This document shows positions 28,313 through 39,122 of a stretch of DNA of 64,000 nt, in pieces; the stretch's first letter is position 1; the number at the start of each line of letters is the position of its first letter. Below the pieces are notes generated by a model. The model saw only the letters and a list, made by a program, of their open reading frames with translations. It was not told where the DNA came from and did no database searches. The position numbers and the translations under genes were made by a program. This DNA is from Bdellovibrionales bacterium (GTDB lineage Bacteria; Bdellovibrionota; Bdellovibrionia; Bdellovibrionales; UBA1609), in the NCBI GenBank assembly GCA_965205945.1, contig CBDBIB010000001.1:448001-512000 (forward strand), read 5' to 3'.

Positions 28313-30460
28313 CTACCTTTGCGCTGATATTTCTATTAAAAATACTGAGGAATTTATTTTTCCTTTTACAATGGATATCCGTCCACCATGATCCTCAATT
28401 ATTTTACGTGCAATTGGCAACCCTAAGCCACTACCATTTTTTTTTGTTGTATAACTGGCTTTAAAAACATTAGACCATTTCTCCACTGAAACTCCTGGGC
28501 CTGAATCATAAAATTTAACAACTACAACCTGACCAGAGGAAGAATACGAAGCATCAATATAAATCACTTTATTATCTACCTGCTTCATCGCCTCTAAGGA
28601 GTTTTCAATTAAATTAATAAATACCCTTTTCATTTGATCTCGGTCTAAAATAACTCGATCCATTTTAGAAACACCTACATCAAAAACAATATCTAAATGA
28701 GAAGACTTATACACAGAAACCAATTCTAATATAAACTCTGAAAAATCTACACTAATAGGATTAAGTTTTGGAAATCTTGCAAACTGATTAAATTCATTCA
28801 CTAAACCCTTTATAAGATCCACATGGGAAATAATAGTCTTAGTACACTCTTTAAAAACTGGGTCAATAATTTTATCACCAAACTTCTTCTGTAATCGCTC
28901 TGCTGCAAGCTTTACTGGCGTGAGTGGATTTTTAATTTCATGAGCAACCCTTGTAGCAACCTCTTTCCATGCTTTAACTCTTTGATTTTCTCTAAGAAGC
29001 CCTACTTTTTCTAAAGTAATAATGTAACCAATCTGCCCCCCATCTAAGCCATGAAGGGTTGAGATACTCACTTGAAGAGGCAGCACAGAGTCTTTTGTTA
29101 AAAAAATATCTACCTCATGAACCTGAACATCATCTTCAACTCCTGAGTATGATATTACAAGATCATAAATTTCTTTTGGAAAAACTTTACTGAGTCCTTT
29201 GCCCTGAACTCCTTTTCTTGTAACAGGAAACAGCCTCTGCGTTCTTTTATTAATCAATGTGACCTTGTAATTATTGTCACAGGAAATCACACCTGAACTA
29301 ATTTGTGACAAAAGTGTATTCATATATATAGAATGTTGATTAAGATCATTAATCGATTTGTTTAGATTACCTCTAGTGGTTTTTAACTGCTCTATCATTA
29401 AGTTAAAATTGTCCACAAGCTCATTTATTTCATCCATGCCTGTTTTAAATTTAATGGGGTTAAAATCTCCTCTAGAAATTCTTTTAGTGGCATACCCTAA
29501 AGCAAAAAGAGATTTTAAAAGAGATTGGGCTAAGTATAGACTAAACCAACCACCAAAGGCTAAAATTACTAAAGTCATTGTTACCAGAATAAACAAATAC
29601 ATTGTTTTTAAGGGAATTTTAAACTCTTTTGTTGACTGAAAGTCTGTACGAGCTACAGCAATGGCCTCCATGGTATCAATCAATGTAAACGGTAGGATTT
29701 TAGAAACCACTAATATAAGTTCTTGCTCCACATCTACAGTTATTGAACTTAACCATTCTCCTTGCTCAGTTTTTCTAGATATACTTTTAATTTTATTTAC
29801 TTTTATTAACTTTCTAACTTTTTCCCATGAAAGAGACGGCAGGTAAAAGCCTTGTTTTTCTTTATATATCTCTTCTATGCGAATCTTACTTTTAGGAAGA
29901 TAAACCTCTAAGGCATCCACTCCATAAATATTCATTTTATTTGATAAAAATTTTGCAATATCCTTATTTTTTTTTAAATCAAGATCCCTGGCAATACCTT
30001 TTGCTATATAAAAAGAACCATTTCTCATTTCAGAAATATATTGATCTGCTAAATTAGAAGATTTTTTAATAGTTTCTTCTGTTCTATTTGCAAACCATCG
30101 ATCAAAACTATTATTGATATAAAAAACAGAAACCACAAACATCAAACATGTAGGAATAAACGCAAAACTGATAAAAGCTAGAAATAATCTTGTTTTTAGT
30201 GTTTTTCCAATCATTCGAGGTTTTGAATCTGCATAAATTTTAACAAGATTTTTCCCTAAAAAGAAAATAATAGCTAAAAAAACCAAAACATTAAGATTAA
30301 TAAGACCAAAGAAAAACAATGCATAAGAGATCGGCAGGTCTCCACTTACATTATAAAACCTAAAAAGTATCCAATTTAAAACAATAAAAAAAAGGCTTAG
30401 TGGGATTAACGCCCATATTTCAAGCCTTCTTTGTTTAACTTCTGCATCAAAATCTCTCAT
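28313..30460 (-). CDS. NtrY-like sensor histidine kinase (TM-HAMP-PAS-HK)
   Basis: SFDRWF; AWKEVATRVAHEIKNPLTP; DSGPG; GSGLGL. Confidence 0.9.
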   Translation of the reverse strand: MRDFDAEVKQRRLEIWALIPLSLFFIVLNWILFRFYNVSGDLPISYALFFFGLINLNVLVFLAIIFFLGKNLVKIYADSKPRMIGKTLKTRLFLAFISFAFIPTCLMFVVSVFYINNSFDRWFANRTEETIKKSSNLADQYISEMRNGSFYIAKGIARDLDLKKNKDIAKFLSNKMNIYGVDALEVYLPKSKIRIEEIYKEKQGFYLPSLSWEKVRKLIKVNKIKSISRKTEQGEWLSSITVDVEQELILVVSKILPFTLIDTMEAIAVARTDFQSTKEFKIPLKTMYLFILVTMTLVILAFGGWFSLYLAQSLLKSLFALGYATKRISRGDFNPIKFKTGMDEINELVDNFNLMIEQLKTTRGNLNKSINDLNQHSIYMNTLLSQISSGVISCDNNYKVTLINKRTQRLFPVTRKGVQGKGLSKVFPKEIYDLVISYSGVEDDVQVHEVDIFLTKDSVLPLQVSISTLHGLDGGQIGYIITLEKVGLLRENQRVKAWKEVATRVAHEIKNPLTPVKLAAERLQKKFGDKIIDPVFKECTKTIISHVDLIKGLVNEFNQFARFPKLNPISVDFSEFILELVSVYKSSHLDIVFDVGVSKMDRVILDRDQMKRVFINLIENSLEAMKQVDNKVIYIDASYSSSGQVVVVKFYDSGPGVSVEKWSNVFKASYTTKKNGSGLGLPIARKIIEDHGGRISIVKGKINSSVFLIEISAQR

Positions 30461-30464
30461 TTTT

Positions 30465-30884
30465 TTATTTTAATGCTTCTAAGGTGTCTAAAAGTCCTAA
30501 AGCAACCTCACTACCTTTGTTTCCCTTTTTACCCCAAATGCGGTCAAAAAGTTGCTTATGCGTACTCACCGTTAAAACTCCAAACTGAACAGGCTTTAAT
30601 GTCTCTAGTCCAACTTGTAAGCAGCCCCTTGCCGCTCCAGCACAAACATAGTCATAATGATTAGTTTCTCCACGAATAACAACTCCATAGCAAAGAACTC
30701 CATTAACTTTGTGATTTAAAATTAAATTCTTAGCCACTATAGGAAGTTCAAGGGCTCCAGGAACAGATTTTAGAATTATATCTTTTTTAAATACACCTTT
30801 GTCTAAAAGAACTTTAATAGCCCCATCTCTTAGTGCTCGTGTATATCTAGAATTAAATTCTGCTGTAACTATACCAATTTTCAT
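30465..30884 (-). CDS. ribH: 6,7-dimethyl-8-ribityllumazine synthase
   Basis: VPGALELP; GVVIRGETNHYDYV; GNKG. Confidence 0.95.
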   Translation of the reverse strand: MKIGIVTAEFNSRYTRALRDGAIKVLLDKGVFKKDIILKSVPGALELPIVAKNLILNHKVNGVLCYGVVIRGETNHYDYVCAGAARGCLQVGLETLKPVQFGVLTVSTHKQLFDRIWGKKGNKGSEVALGLLDTLEALK

Positions 30885-30886
30885 GT

Positions 30887-31960
30887 TTATTTATCTCTAC
30901 TTAAAAACTGCTTAAAAGAAATGATCCCTTTAACTTTAACTCCAAAAGCTGTTAGACCTGCTAACTTTTTTTCAGAGTTTGTAACTAAAATTAAATTTTC
31001 AGCTCCAAGTTTTTTAAGAATTTGAGCACCAATACCAAATTCTTTAAAATCTCTTTTCACTTCAGAATTAACAAAAAAAACCACATTCCTTAAAACTAAT
31101 AAAACACCCTTTCCTTTTTCTTTAGAAAATTTTAAAAAATTATTAAGAGCACTTTTATTCTCTCCTCTTAATAAATCCTTAGGGCCTCTATCTAAATGAA
31201 CTCTAACAGGAACCTTATCTAATGGGCTCCACTCACCAACAACTATTGCATAATGTATCTGGTTATTTACTAAGTCCTTAAAGTAATGAACTTTTAAGCC
31301 CTTAATCTCATCAAACTCAAATTCTTCTGAATAAAGTTCTTCAATATAACTTTCATTATTAAGCCTATATTCTGTTAAAGCTTGAATTGATCCAATTTTT
31401 AAACTGTGTTTTTTAGCAAATTTAACAAGTTCTTGGTAGCGAGCCATAGTTCCATCATCATTCATCACTTCACATATCACAGCACTTTGTTTAAGCCCTG
31501 CAAGTTTCATCAAATCAACACTTCCTTCAGTATGTCCTGATCTTTGTAAAACTCCACCTAGTTTTGCTTTAATGGGAAAAATATGCCCTGGAGTAATAAT
31601 AGACTGTGGAGTTGCAGCTGGATCTGAAGCCACTCGTATTGTAAGAGCTCTATCTGATGCAGAAATCCCTGTTGAAATTCCCTCTCTTGCTTCAATACTT
31701 ACTGTGAATGCTGTTTTATTTGGTGAATAGTTTTGGTTTTCACCCACCATTAATGAAAGTCCAAGCCTATCACTTTGTTCTGGAGACATAGCTAGACAAA
31801 CTAAGCCTCTAGCTTCTTTAATCATAAAGTTAATATGTTGTGCTGTTGCGTACTCACCGGCTAAAACAAGATCACCCTCGTTTTCACGATCTTCATCATC
31901 AATTAATAAAACCATTTTCCCAGTTTTAAGGTCTTTTACTAATTCTTCTACAGTATGCAA
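30887..31960 (-). CDS. ribB: DHBP synthase with a degenerate GTP cyclohydrolase II domain
   Basis: DDEDRENEGD; TAFTVSI; GHTEG; C-terminal VRVH lacks the Zn cysteines. Confidence 0.9.
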   Translation of the reverse strand: MHTVEELVKDLKTGKMVLLIDDEDRENEGDLVLAGEYATAQHINFMIKEARGLVCLAMSPEQSDRLGLSLMVGENQNYSPNKTAFTVSIEAREGISTGISASDRALTIRVASDPAATPQSIITPGHIFPIKAKLGGVLQRSGHTEGSVDLMKLAGLKQSAVICEVMNDDGTMARYQELVKFAKKHSLKIGSIQALTEYRLNNESYIEELYSEEFEFDEIKGLKVHYFKDLVNNQIHYAIVVGEWSPLDKVPVRVHLDRGPKDLLRGENKSALNNFLKFSKEKGKGVLLVLRNVVFFVNSEVKRDFKEFGIGAQILKKLGAENLILVTNSEKKLAGLTAFGVKVKGIISFKQFLSRDK

Positions 31961-31961
31961 T

Positions 31962-32570
31962 TTAAGAACTCCTCATATTAGAAGCGTGAATAACACCTTT
32001 TGCATAAAAGTCATACTCAATATTTACCTTATCCTCTAACAAAAGCTGAGAAAGGTTTGTTTTCTTTAAAGTTTCTGGAACTATGCAGACTGAAAATCCT
32101 TTTAAAAAAACATCATTTATGGTAAGGCTCACACCATTAATTGCTATACAACCCTTAGGCCAAATAAATTCTGGTTTAGTCTCCTTAAAAATTGACATTA
32201 CAGTGCACCCATTTTTAATGGCCTTAATGGCCCTAACCTGACAAACTTCATCTATGTGCCCGGTGACTAAATGACCATGAAAACGCTCACCCATCATCAA
32301 AGGGCGCTCTAAATTTAATACATCCCCACTTTTAATATTTAAAAACGTTGTTGCTTTTAAAGTTTCAAGACCTAAATCATAGGTTAGCTGACTTAAATCT
32401 TTAGGGGATTCATCTTTTATAGTAAGGCAAACACCGTTATGAGCAATAGAGTGACCTTTCTTTAAATCCTTAAAGACACTAGGTTTTTCAACAGTAATTT
32501 CAACATTTCCTGACGGCTCATGGTTAACTTTTAAAACCTTTGCCATTGCCTCCGCTAAGCCTGTAAACAT
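31962..32570 (-). CDS. ribE: Riboflavin synthase
   Basis: MFTG; NGVCLT; NLER; GHLVTGHID; NGVSLT. Confidence 0.93.
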   Translation of the reverse strand: MFTGLAEAMAKVLKVNHEPSGNVEITVEKPSVFKDLKKGHSIAHNGVCLTIKDESPKDLSQLTYDLGLETLKATTFLNIKSGDVLNLERPLMMGERFHGHLVTGHIDEVCQVRAIKAIKNGCTVMSIFKETKPEFIWPKGCIAINGVSLTINDVFLKGFSVCIVPETLKKTNLSQLLLEDKVNIEYDFYAKGVIHASNMRSS

Positions 32571-32996
32571 TTTTACCTATTTAGAAAAAAGTGACTTTTA
32601 TACGTAGAATCAAATCTGTTACTTTAATACTCGTACTTACACCAACAACCAGCGTACACATTAAAAATATAAATGTGAAAATATATTCGTACCCTAAAAA
32701 CATAAGCCTCTACCTCTTTATATTTTTCACCCTAGCTAAGCCTGAGCCTAAGAACAAGGCAGAATAATATTCTCATATAGCTTTTTGCGGCGCGTCTTTT
32801 TTAAATGTAAAAGTACCTGCACTTACTCCTAAAAAATATTGATAATATGTAGGTTTAAAACTTTGAACAAAATTTAAGGGTTTAGAATAACAAAATAAAC
32901 TTGGTTCAAAAAAAATTTAAATCTTGCAAATAAGATCCCCCTTAAATAAGTAAAAAATCTTAAAAAGAGTTTTAACAATAAATACCTTTATATAGT

Positions 32997-34388
32997 TTAA
33001 AATAAATTATGATCTACAGCTTTAGAATGGTCAGCCATATAGGACTCTTCTTTATAAAAATAAGCTGGAATCATAAATAAAACTCCTACAACCAGAATTA
33101 AAATAGCAAAAAACCAGTAATATAAAGCACCTTCAAGCAATAAGGTTCCATCATCATTTTGAATAAATGAGTTCACAGCTGATGTAAATAGGTTTCCCAT
33201 TGAAACGGACAATAAAAAAACTGCCATAATAAAAGATTTCATACTATTTGGAGCTTGAGTGTAGGAAAATTCCAGTGCTGTAATTGAAATCAAAACTTCA
33301 GCTGCCGTGATAATTACATAGGCTGCAAACTGCCACATAATTGATGGTGTTAAACCGGATTGAATCATCTTTTCTGTGTAAGCAACTAAAGCAAACGATA
33401 AACCTGTTATAAAAAACCCTGCTCCAATTTTTCTAAGTGGTGTGACTTTTGTAAATTTTGCAGCAAACGGATAAATTCCAAAACTAAAAATAGGAATAAA
33501 AAGCATTACCAATATAGGATTAATAGTTTGAATCTGAGACGGTAAAAGCTCAAAAGATGCAAACCCTAGGTTTACAAATTTATCCATTTTATCTGCCTGC
33601 AATACCCATGAAGATCCTGTTTGATCATATAAAGACCAGAAAAATGCAATAAAAACATAAATAATACCAAGCCCACCTAAGGTTTTTAAACCTTTAGGGC
33701 TAAACATGTCTTTTTTATATGTTTGCCAACCTGCAGGAGGCATGGATACAAACTCATGTCTACCTTGATAAAAAACAAATGTTGCAATAAACATCAAAAT
33801 ACCTGGCAGCCCAAAAGCCACAGAAGGCCCATACCACTCAAGCATTTTAGGAATGATTGCAGTTGCAAACATAGAGCCAAAATTAATTGAAAAATAAAAA
33901 AGACTAAACACCTTATCTAATAACGTTTTTTGACTCGCCTTAAACTGATCCCCCACATGGGCCGACACACAAGGTTTAATTCCCCCTGAACCTACAGCAA
34001 TAAGACCTAAACCTAAAGCAAGCCACGTTTTAGGCTCAAGAATTGTTGCCATCATATGAATGTCCATAAAAGCTAAGCTTAAATGACCTAAGCAATACAC
34101 CACCGAAAGCAAAAGTATCGTTTTATACTTACCCCAAAAAATATCAGAAATTAAAGCACCTATTAGTGGAAAAAAGTAAACAGCAGATGCAAAATTATGA
34201 TACCAAACCAAAGATTGTGCTTGATTTAAAAAAGCCTCATCCCCTGTTGAATTTAAAAGATACTTTGTCATAAAAATAACAAGTATCCCCCTCATGCCAT
34301 AATAACTAAATCTTTCAGCCGCCTCATTTCCGATAATATAAAAAATTGCCTTAGGCATTTTTTGTACACTCACATTAGACACCGGCAC
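32997..34388 (-). CDS. POT/PTR2 proton-dependent oligopeptide transporter
   Basis: EAAERFSYYGMR; GSGGIKPCVSAHVGDQF; FYFSINFG. Confidence 0.93.
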   Translation of the reverse strand: MPVSNVSVQKMPKAIFYIIGNEAAERFSYYGMRGILVIFMTKYLLNSTGDEAFLNQAQSLVWYHNFASAVYFFPLIGALISDIFWGKYKTILLLSVVYCLGHLSLAFMDIHMMATILEPKTWLALGLGLIAVGSGGIKPCVSAHVGDQFKASQKTLLDKVFSLFYFSINFGSMFATAIIPKMLEWYGPSVAFGLPGILMFIATFVFYQGRHEFVSMPPAGWQTYKKDMFSPKGLKTLGGLGIIYVFIAFFWSLYDQTGSSWVLQADKMDKFVNLGFASFELLPSQIQTINPILVMLFIPIFSFGIYPFAAKFTKVTPLRKIGAGFFITGLSFALVAYTEKMIQSGLTPSIMWQFAAYVIITAAEVLISITALEFSYTQAPNSMKSFIMAVFLLSVSMGNLFTSAVNSFIQNDDGTLLLEGALYYWFFAILILVVGVLFMIPAYFYKEESYMADHSKAVDHNLF

Positions 34389-34488
34389 TCCCTTTAAAAA
34401 TGATTAGCAATTAAATCTAGCTCAGTGCATCTGCTAAATCAAAGTAAACTAGAGTATACAAAAAATTATATTAATTAAAGGAATTTAT

Positions 34489-35114
34489 ATGCCATTTTTA
34501 TCAAAAAAAAACAGTCTTAATAAGAAAATTATGTTGCTCGGTTCAGGTGAACTTGTCTAAGAGTTTATTATTGCAGCCAAACACATGGGCCTTAAAACTG
34601 TTGCCGTCGACAATTATAAAGGGGCTCCTGCCATGCAAGTTTCTGATGATTTTAAAGTCATCTCAATGCTAAACAGTGAGGCACTTAAAAGGATTGTAAA
34701 AAAACACAAACCCAACATCATTGTTCCTGAAATTAAGGCTCTTAAAACTTTTTAAAGTTATATGATTTTAAAGAAAAAGGCATCCAAGTCGTTCCAACAA
34801 CATTTGCAGCTAATATTACAATGGATAGGAAAAAAATTCGAGATCTTGCATCTAAAGATTTAAAAATAAAAACGGCCAAATACTTATACACTTTAACTAA
34901 AAAAGAACTCATTAATGCTGTTAAAGAAATTGGCACTCCTTGTGTTGTTAAACCTCTTATGTCTAGTATTGAAATTCGTATTTTTGCAAAACCTTGCACT
35001 AAAAAGAATAGACGAATGGGAGTGATTCTAGCTGTTGATAATAACATTAAAGCTGCAGTTAGAAAAGCTAAATTAGCTTCTAAAAAAAAATCTACTAGAA
35101 AAGATTACCCTTAA
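34489..35114 (+). pseudogene. purT: Formate-dependent GAR transformylase pseudogene
   Basis: KIMLLGSGEL*, VAVDNYKGAPAMQV, IVPEI; stop at 34558-34560; frameshift near 34745; [10 protein letters not shown] joined directly to C-terminal IRIFAKP..RRMGV. Confidence 0.9.
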
Positions 35115-35183
35115 GATTTTTAATCCGCAGCTTTAGGCCTGCATGCACAATAACTTTATTTTAAATATTATACCAAAAAAAAC

Positions 35184-36266
35184 TTAATCTAATTCAATCC
35201 ACTCCTCAGGATTTGGCATTTCAGGCACTGGATCTTTAGAGTCTTTTGAACCTTTTAAATAATAAATATAAACTCGTGCTCCCTCTTGAATATCAATTCC
35301 ATTTGATTCAAAAACTCTTGCCACTGAAATATCAACACTTGGAGTAGTTTCAATAATCACTTTTGCAATAGCATTTACCTCATCTTGAAGATTGACCTGT
35401 TTATCTAAACTTGAAACACATGGCTCTGCATCCCAAATATACTTCATATTAGAAACATAAAGAGTGTCTCCCTTTTTAAGACCATGCCTTAAACCTGCGT
35501 TTATCATTATATGTGAATCATTGTCTTTGTATACCCTCGCAGACCAAGGCTCCAACTCCTCAAGCCTTTTACCAACATCAACCAGTGCAGATCTTAATGT
35601 TTTTCTAATGACATCTACAACAGGCTCTCTAAAAACAGCTCTTGGATTAAGCACAATACTTCCTAAATTCAAACCCAAACCCACTCCAAAATCAGTTTTA
35701 ACTCCACTTTTATTTGTGCTCACTAAGGCTGTGCCACTTAAGGGTTGAAATGAGTGCATATCTAAGCTCATTTTCATTTTACTTAAATTAAAATCTACAC
35801 CTGTAACAACATCATCTAAAACTCCACCAGGATTAAAACCTACTCCTAAACCAAACTCATTTCCTAATTCAAAACCTGTAACATTTCCCATTAATACCGC
35901 CTCTGGAAGATCTTTTGTACAAGAACCCACTGTTGTATTAATAGACAAGGCTTGAAAACTCATTCCACTTTGTTTTGCCTGTATACGCTCTTGAAAACTT
36001 AAGCTTTGAATATTTAATCTATCTACTGAAACAAAATACTCACTATTTTGAAGCTCTGTTAAATATTGACCATTTATAACCTCTTGAATATCTATATTAA
36101 TATTGTTTTGGAGTTGAACACTTGCAGATCTAATTCCCATTGAGGTGACGCTTTTTTTTAAAATACGCCCTCTTCTTTTTGCCTCTATTGAATCACACCC
36201 TTTATTGCCCATAAAAAATAAAAGGCTAAATACCAACAATAGTATTTTTCCAATCCTCTTAATCAT
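35184..36266 (-). CDS. Exported lipoprotein with CsgG-like and FlgT-C-terminal-like regions
   Basis: Signal peptide ending NKGC; LMGNVTGFE; PWSARV...IMINAG..HGLKKGD. Confidence 0.6.
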   Translation of the reverse strand: MIKRIGKILLLVFSLLFFMGNKGCDSIEAKRRGRILKKSVTSMGIRSASVQLQNNINIDIQEVINGQYLTELQNSEYFVSVDRLNIQSLSFQERIQAKQSGMSFQALSINTTVGSCTKDLPEAVLMGNVTGFELGNEFGLGVGFNPGGVLDDVVTGVDFNLSKMKMSLDMHSFQPLSGTALVSTNKSGVKTDFGVGLGLNLGSIVLNPRAVFREPVVDVIRKTLRSALVDVGKRLEELEPWSARVYKDNDSHIMINAGLRHGLKKGDTLYVSNMKYIWDAEPCVSSLDKQVNLQDEVNAIAKVIIETTPSVDISVARVFESNGIDIQEGARVYIYYLKGSKDSKDPVPEMPNPEEWIELD

Positions 36267-36298
36267 ATAAACTCCTTTTATCCAGTTTCATTATAAGG

Positions 36299-36325
36299 AC
36301 ATCGGACAATGATCTTAAGTCCTTA
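36299..36325 (-). promoter_or_regulatory. Putative sigma28 (FliA) promoter
   Basis: TAAG-N15-TCCGATGT versus consensus TAAA-N15-GCCGATAA, about 30 nt upstream of the ATG at 36266. Confidence 0.6.
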
Positions 36326-36675
36326 GGTCTAGTCCAGGAATACTTATATATTTAAAGAATCTATCTAAGATTTAAACGATTTTAAAAAGAAAGACGGGCT
36401 ATTATACATACAAGCTTAATCTAGATCAGGAATTTAAAATCCTTATGCACCCTACTAAAACATTTTTATTTAAAAATAACTACGGACAGTTAAAATTAAC
36501 GCTGATGATAGGTAAAAATACCTAAGAATTTTAAAGTGAAAATAAGGTCAATCTCTTTAATACCGTTTAAAAAGCTGAATCAATTTTTCACAGCAGCAAG
36601 CATCAAATTGAATTTAAACTTTTATAAGTAAGCACTTCTATACTCAAGCTTTATTTAAAATCCGTACTTTCTTAC

Positions 36676-38709
36676 TTAATCCCTAAAAACCGTAATACCA
36701 TGAACTTTCCAACCATCTTCATGCACAGAAGTATCTGAGGCAATTCTAAATCTTAATTTAAAAGATTCAGCTCCAGCAATGGCGTCTGAGATATCAATAA
36801 TTGAAGAAGCTATACCCTCAGTCCAGCCGCTGTATTTAGCAACTTGGATCCAAGTTGTTTCATCTGTAGAAACCTCTACATACCCGTAATCATACTTATT
36901 TTCTAGCTCATATTCATTTTGTAATTTTAAAAAAATCTTATCTCCAAAAGCGACTATAGGCTCCGCTATTGTTAATGAAAAATCTGCATTTTTATCATAA
37001 TTTTTACCTGGAGAATCTGAGAACACAGTTGATCCATTTTCTAATGTCTCTAGCCCCCAAGTTCCCGTAACTATAATTCCGCTTAAAGAGTCAGTACTGT
37101 ATTCATGTAAAACTTCAACTCGAAGAGTTGCAAACTCAATAGACTCAGAAATTTCACTAATGTTTCCAAGATCATCTAATGCTTTTACAGCAACATAGCC
37201 TGTCGAGTTAATACCTAAATCATCTAATATGACTGTTGCTATACCACGTTGAATCGACACATCACTTAAAACTGTTGTTGCTAAAGCCCAATTCTCATCA
37301 GTAATTGGTTTATCTAAAATTCTTATTTCATACTCACTAGCTTTACCCTTAAAACCATCATCCCCGCTTACGTTAAAACCAATTTGAATTGAATCCACTT
37401 GATTTTGAACAACTTCTAATCCATTAACTTTTGCTGGAGCTATTTTATCATCTTGAAGAGATAATAAAGCGTTTGCTCTTTTACCAGAAACTAATTTAGA
37501 AGATAAACTGCTTAGAGCATCGCCTGTATAAATAATTCTCTTTCTAATTCTATCCATAGATTCGTTAGGGTATCTAGCTTTAATAAAAGCTGCTAAGCCT
37601 GCTATATGAGGAGCGGCCATAGAGGTTCCACTCATCATCTGATACCCACCACCTGGTTTAGTGGAATAAACATCTACTCCTGGCGCTGCAATATGCACCT
37701 TCTTTTTGCCATAGTTTGAAAAAATTGCTAGTTCATCTAATGAATTTACTGCTGCAACAGAAATAATATTTTCTAAGTCATGATTTGCTGGAAAAAATGA
37801 GCTTCTATCATTATTTTTTGAAGAGTTTCCAGCTGCAGCAATAAATAAAATTTGATAATCTCTTGCTTCCATGATTGCTGCTTTAATTGTTTCTGAAGGC
37901 CCCCCCCCTCCCCATGAATTATTTGTAATATCAACGCCAATTTTTGTTGAATACTCAATGGCTTCAACAAGTGCTTCTGTTGTTGTTCTGCCTGTATCAC
38001 TAAAAACTTTAAGCCCCACTAATGAAACTTCCCAGTTCACTCCAACAACACCTACACCGTTATTCCCAGTAGCCCCAATAGAACCTGCACAATGAGTTCC
38101 ATGTCCGTCGTTATCCATAGGATCATTATCATCATTTATAAAATCCCAACCCCTATGATCATCAATATATCCATTTTCATCATCATCAATACCATTAGTA
38201 GCTTTTTCATTGCCCTCAGAGTCTAAACCTGTTTCACCAGGATTAGCCCAGTAGTTATCCTTTAAATCAGGATGATTATAATCAACACCTGAATCAATAA
38301 TGCCTACTAAAACTCTTCTTGAGCCTATATTTGTTTCCCAAGCCTCTGGCATAGACATACTTTCCATCCCATATAATTTAAAATATTCAGGATCGTTTGG
38401 AGCAGCTAATAGTTTATATATTGCGTTCTTCTCTACATACTCAACATTAGAGTCTTGCCTTAAATCTTTCATTACTTTTTTAAGATCAACTACACTTGAA
38501 AATTTTAAAAGTTTTGCTCCACTGGCTCTGAATTCTTTTTTTTCTTGAGCACTGTATTTCATTATTGTTGTTTTAAAACTTGAATTATGAAATTTAACAA
38601 TCAACTCATGAGGGACAAAGTCTTGAGTTTCTTGATTTTTTTCCTCTGCGGAATTAACATTAGTCATATTTATAAAAAACATTAAAATAAAAAATAACCC
38701 TCTAAACAT
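36676..38709 (-). CDS. Secreted S8 subtilisin-like serine protease with C-terminal beta domains
   Basis: Signal peptide and propeptide; triad IIDSG, HGTHCAG, SGTSMAAP; AAAGN; C-terminal YDYGYVEVS..W..FRIASD. Confidence 0.93.
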   Translation of the reverse strand: MFRGLFFILMFFINMTNVNSAEEKNQETQDFVPHELIVKFHNSSFKTTIMKYSAQEKKEFRASGAKLLKFSSVVDLKKVMKDLRQDSNVEYVEKNAIYKLLAAPNDPEYFKLYGMESMSMPEAWETNIGSRRVLVGIIDSGVDYNHPDLKDNYWANPGETGLDSEGNEKATNGIDDDENGYIDDHRGWDFINDDNDPMDNDGHGTHCAGSIGATGNNGVGVVGVNWEVSLVGLKVFSDTGRTTTEALVEAIEYSTKIGVDITNNSWGGGGPSETIKAAIMEARDYQILFIAAAGNSSKNNDRSSFFPANHDLENIISVAAVNSLDELAIFSNYGKKKVHIAAPGVDVYSTKPGGGYQMMSGTSMAAPHIAGLAAFIKARYPNESMDRIRKRIIYTGDALSSLSSKLVSGKRANALLSLQDDKIAPAKVNGLEVVQNQVDSIQIGFNVSGDDGFKGKASEYEIRILDKPITDENWALATTVLSDVSIQRGIATVILDDLGINSTGYVAVKALDDLGNISEISESIEFATLRVEVLHEYSTDSLSGIIVTGTWGLETLENGSTVFSDSPGKNYDKNADFSLTIAEPIVAFGDKIFLKLQNEYELENKYDYGYVEVSTDETTWIQVAKYSGWTEGIASSIIDISDAIAGAESFKLRFRIASDTSVHEDGWKVHGITVFRD

Positions 38710-38827
38710 AAATCCCCCACAATTTTCTTTTAATAAAAAGATTATCGCATTATAAATACATAGATTAAAAATCTTTTCTTAATGAAACTAGCCCTATGTC
38801 TCTAAAAAAAAATTTTAAATAAAACTA

Positions 38828-39122
38828 GGGCATGTCCTCAATTAGTTTCAAGGTGTTAATCTGCGTTTCTAAGGGGGCACAGATGCTAAAAAGATAAGAG
38901 TTAAAAGATTATCAGTGAAAACAAATCAAGAACTTACCTCCTGGAAGATCAACAACAGTGAGTGTTACAGCTAAAAACAATCGCAACTTTGTTAATGAAG
39001 TTTTGTGGATTTTAAGATCTGGAGCTTCATGGAGATTTCTGCCAAAACAATACGGTCCATAGAAAAATACTTACAATCATTTTTCTAAATGGAAGGAATC
39101 AGGTATTTGGTCGAGTATATTT
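38828..39122 (+). mobile_element. IS5-family remnant (left end plus N-terminal transposase)
   Basis: Begins TA|GGGCATGTCCTCAATT; from ATG 38883 MLKR*ELKDYQ*...NNRNFVNEVLWILRSGASWRFLPKQYGP*KNTYNHFSKWKESGIW. Confidence 0.85.

Noticed and set aside
32571..32990. FMN riboswitch upstream of ribE
   Set aside because: No AGGGCGGGGUGAAAUUCCC-like RFN core on the minus strand
38883..39122. TGA at a Trp position, suggesting genetic code 4
   Set aside because: The same remnant also has TAA and TAG stops, and intact genes such as rseP end in TGA; this is ordinary decay
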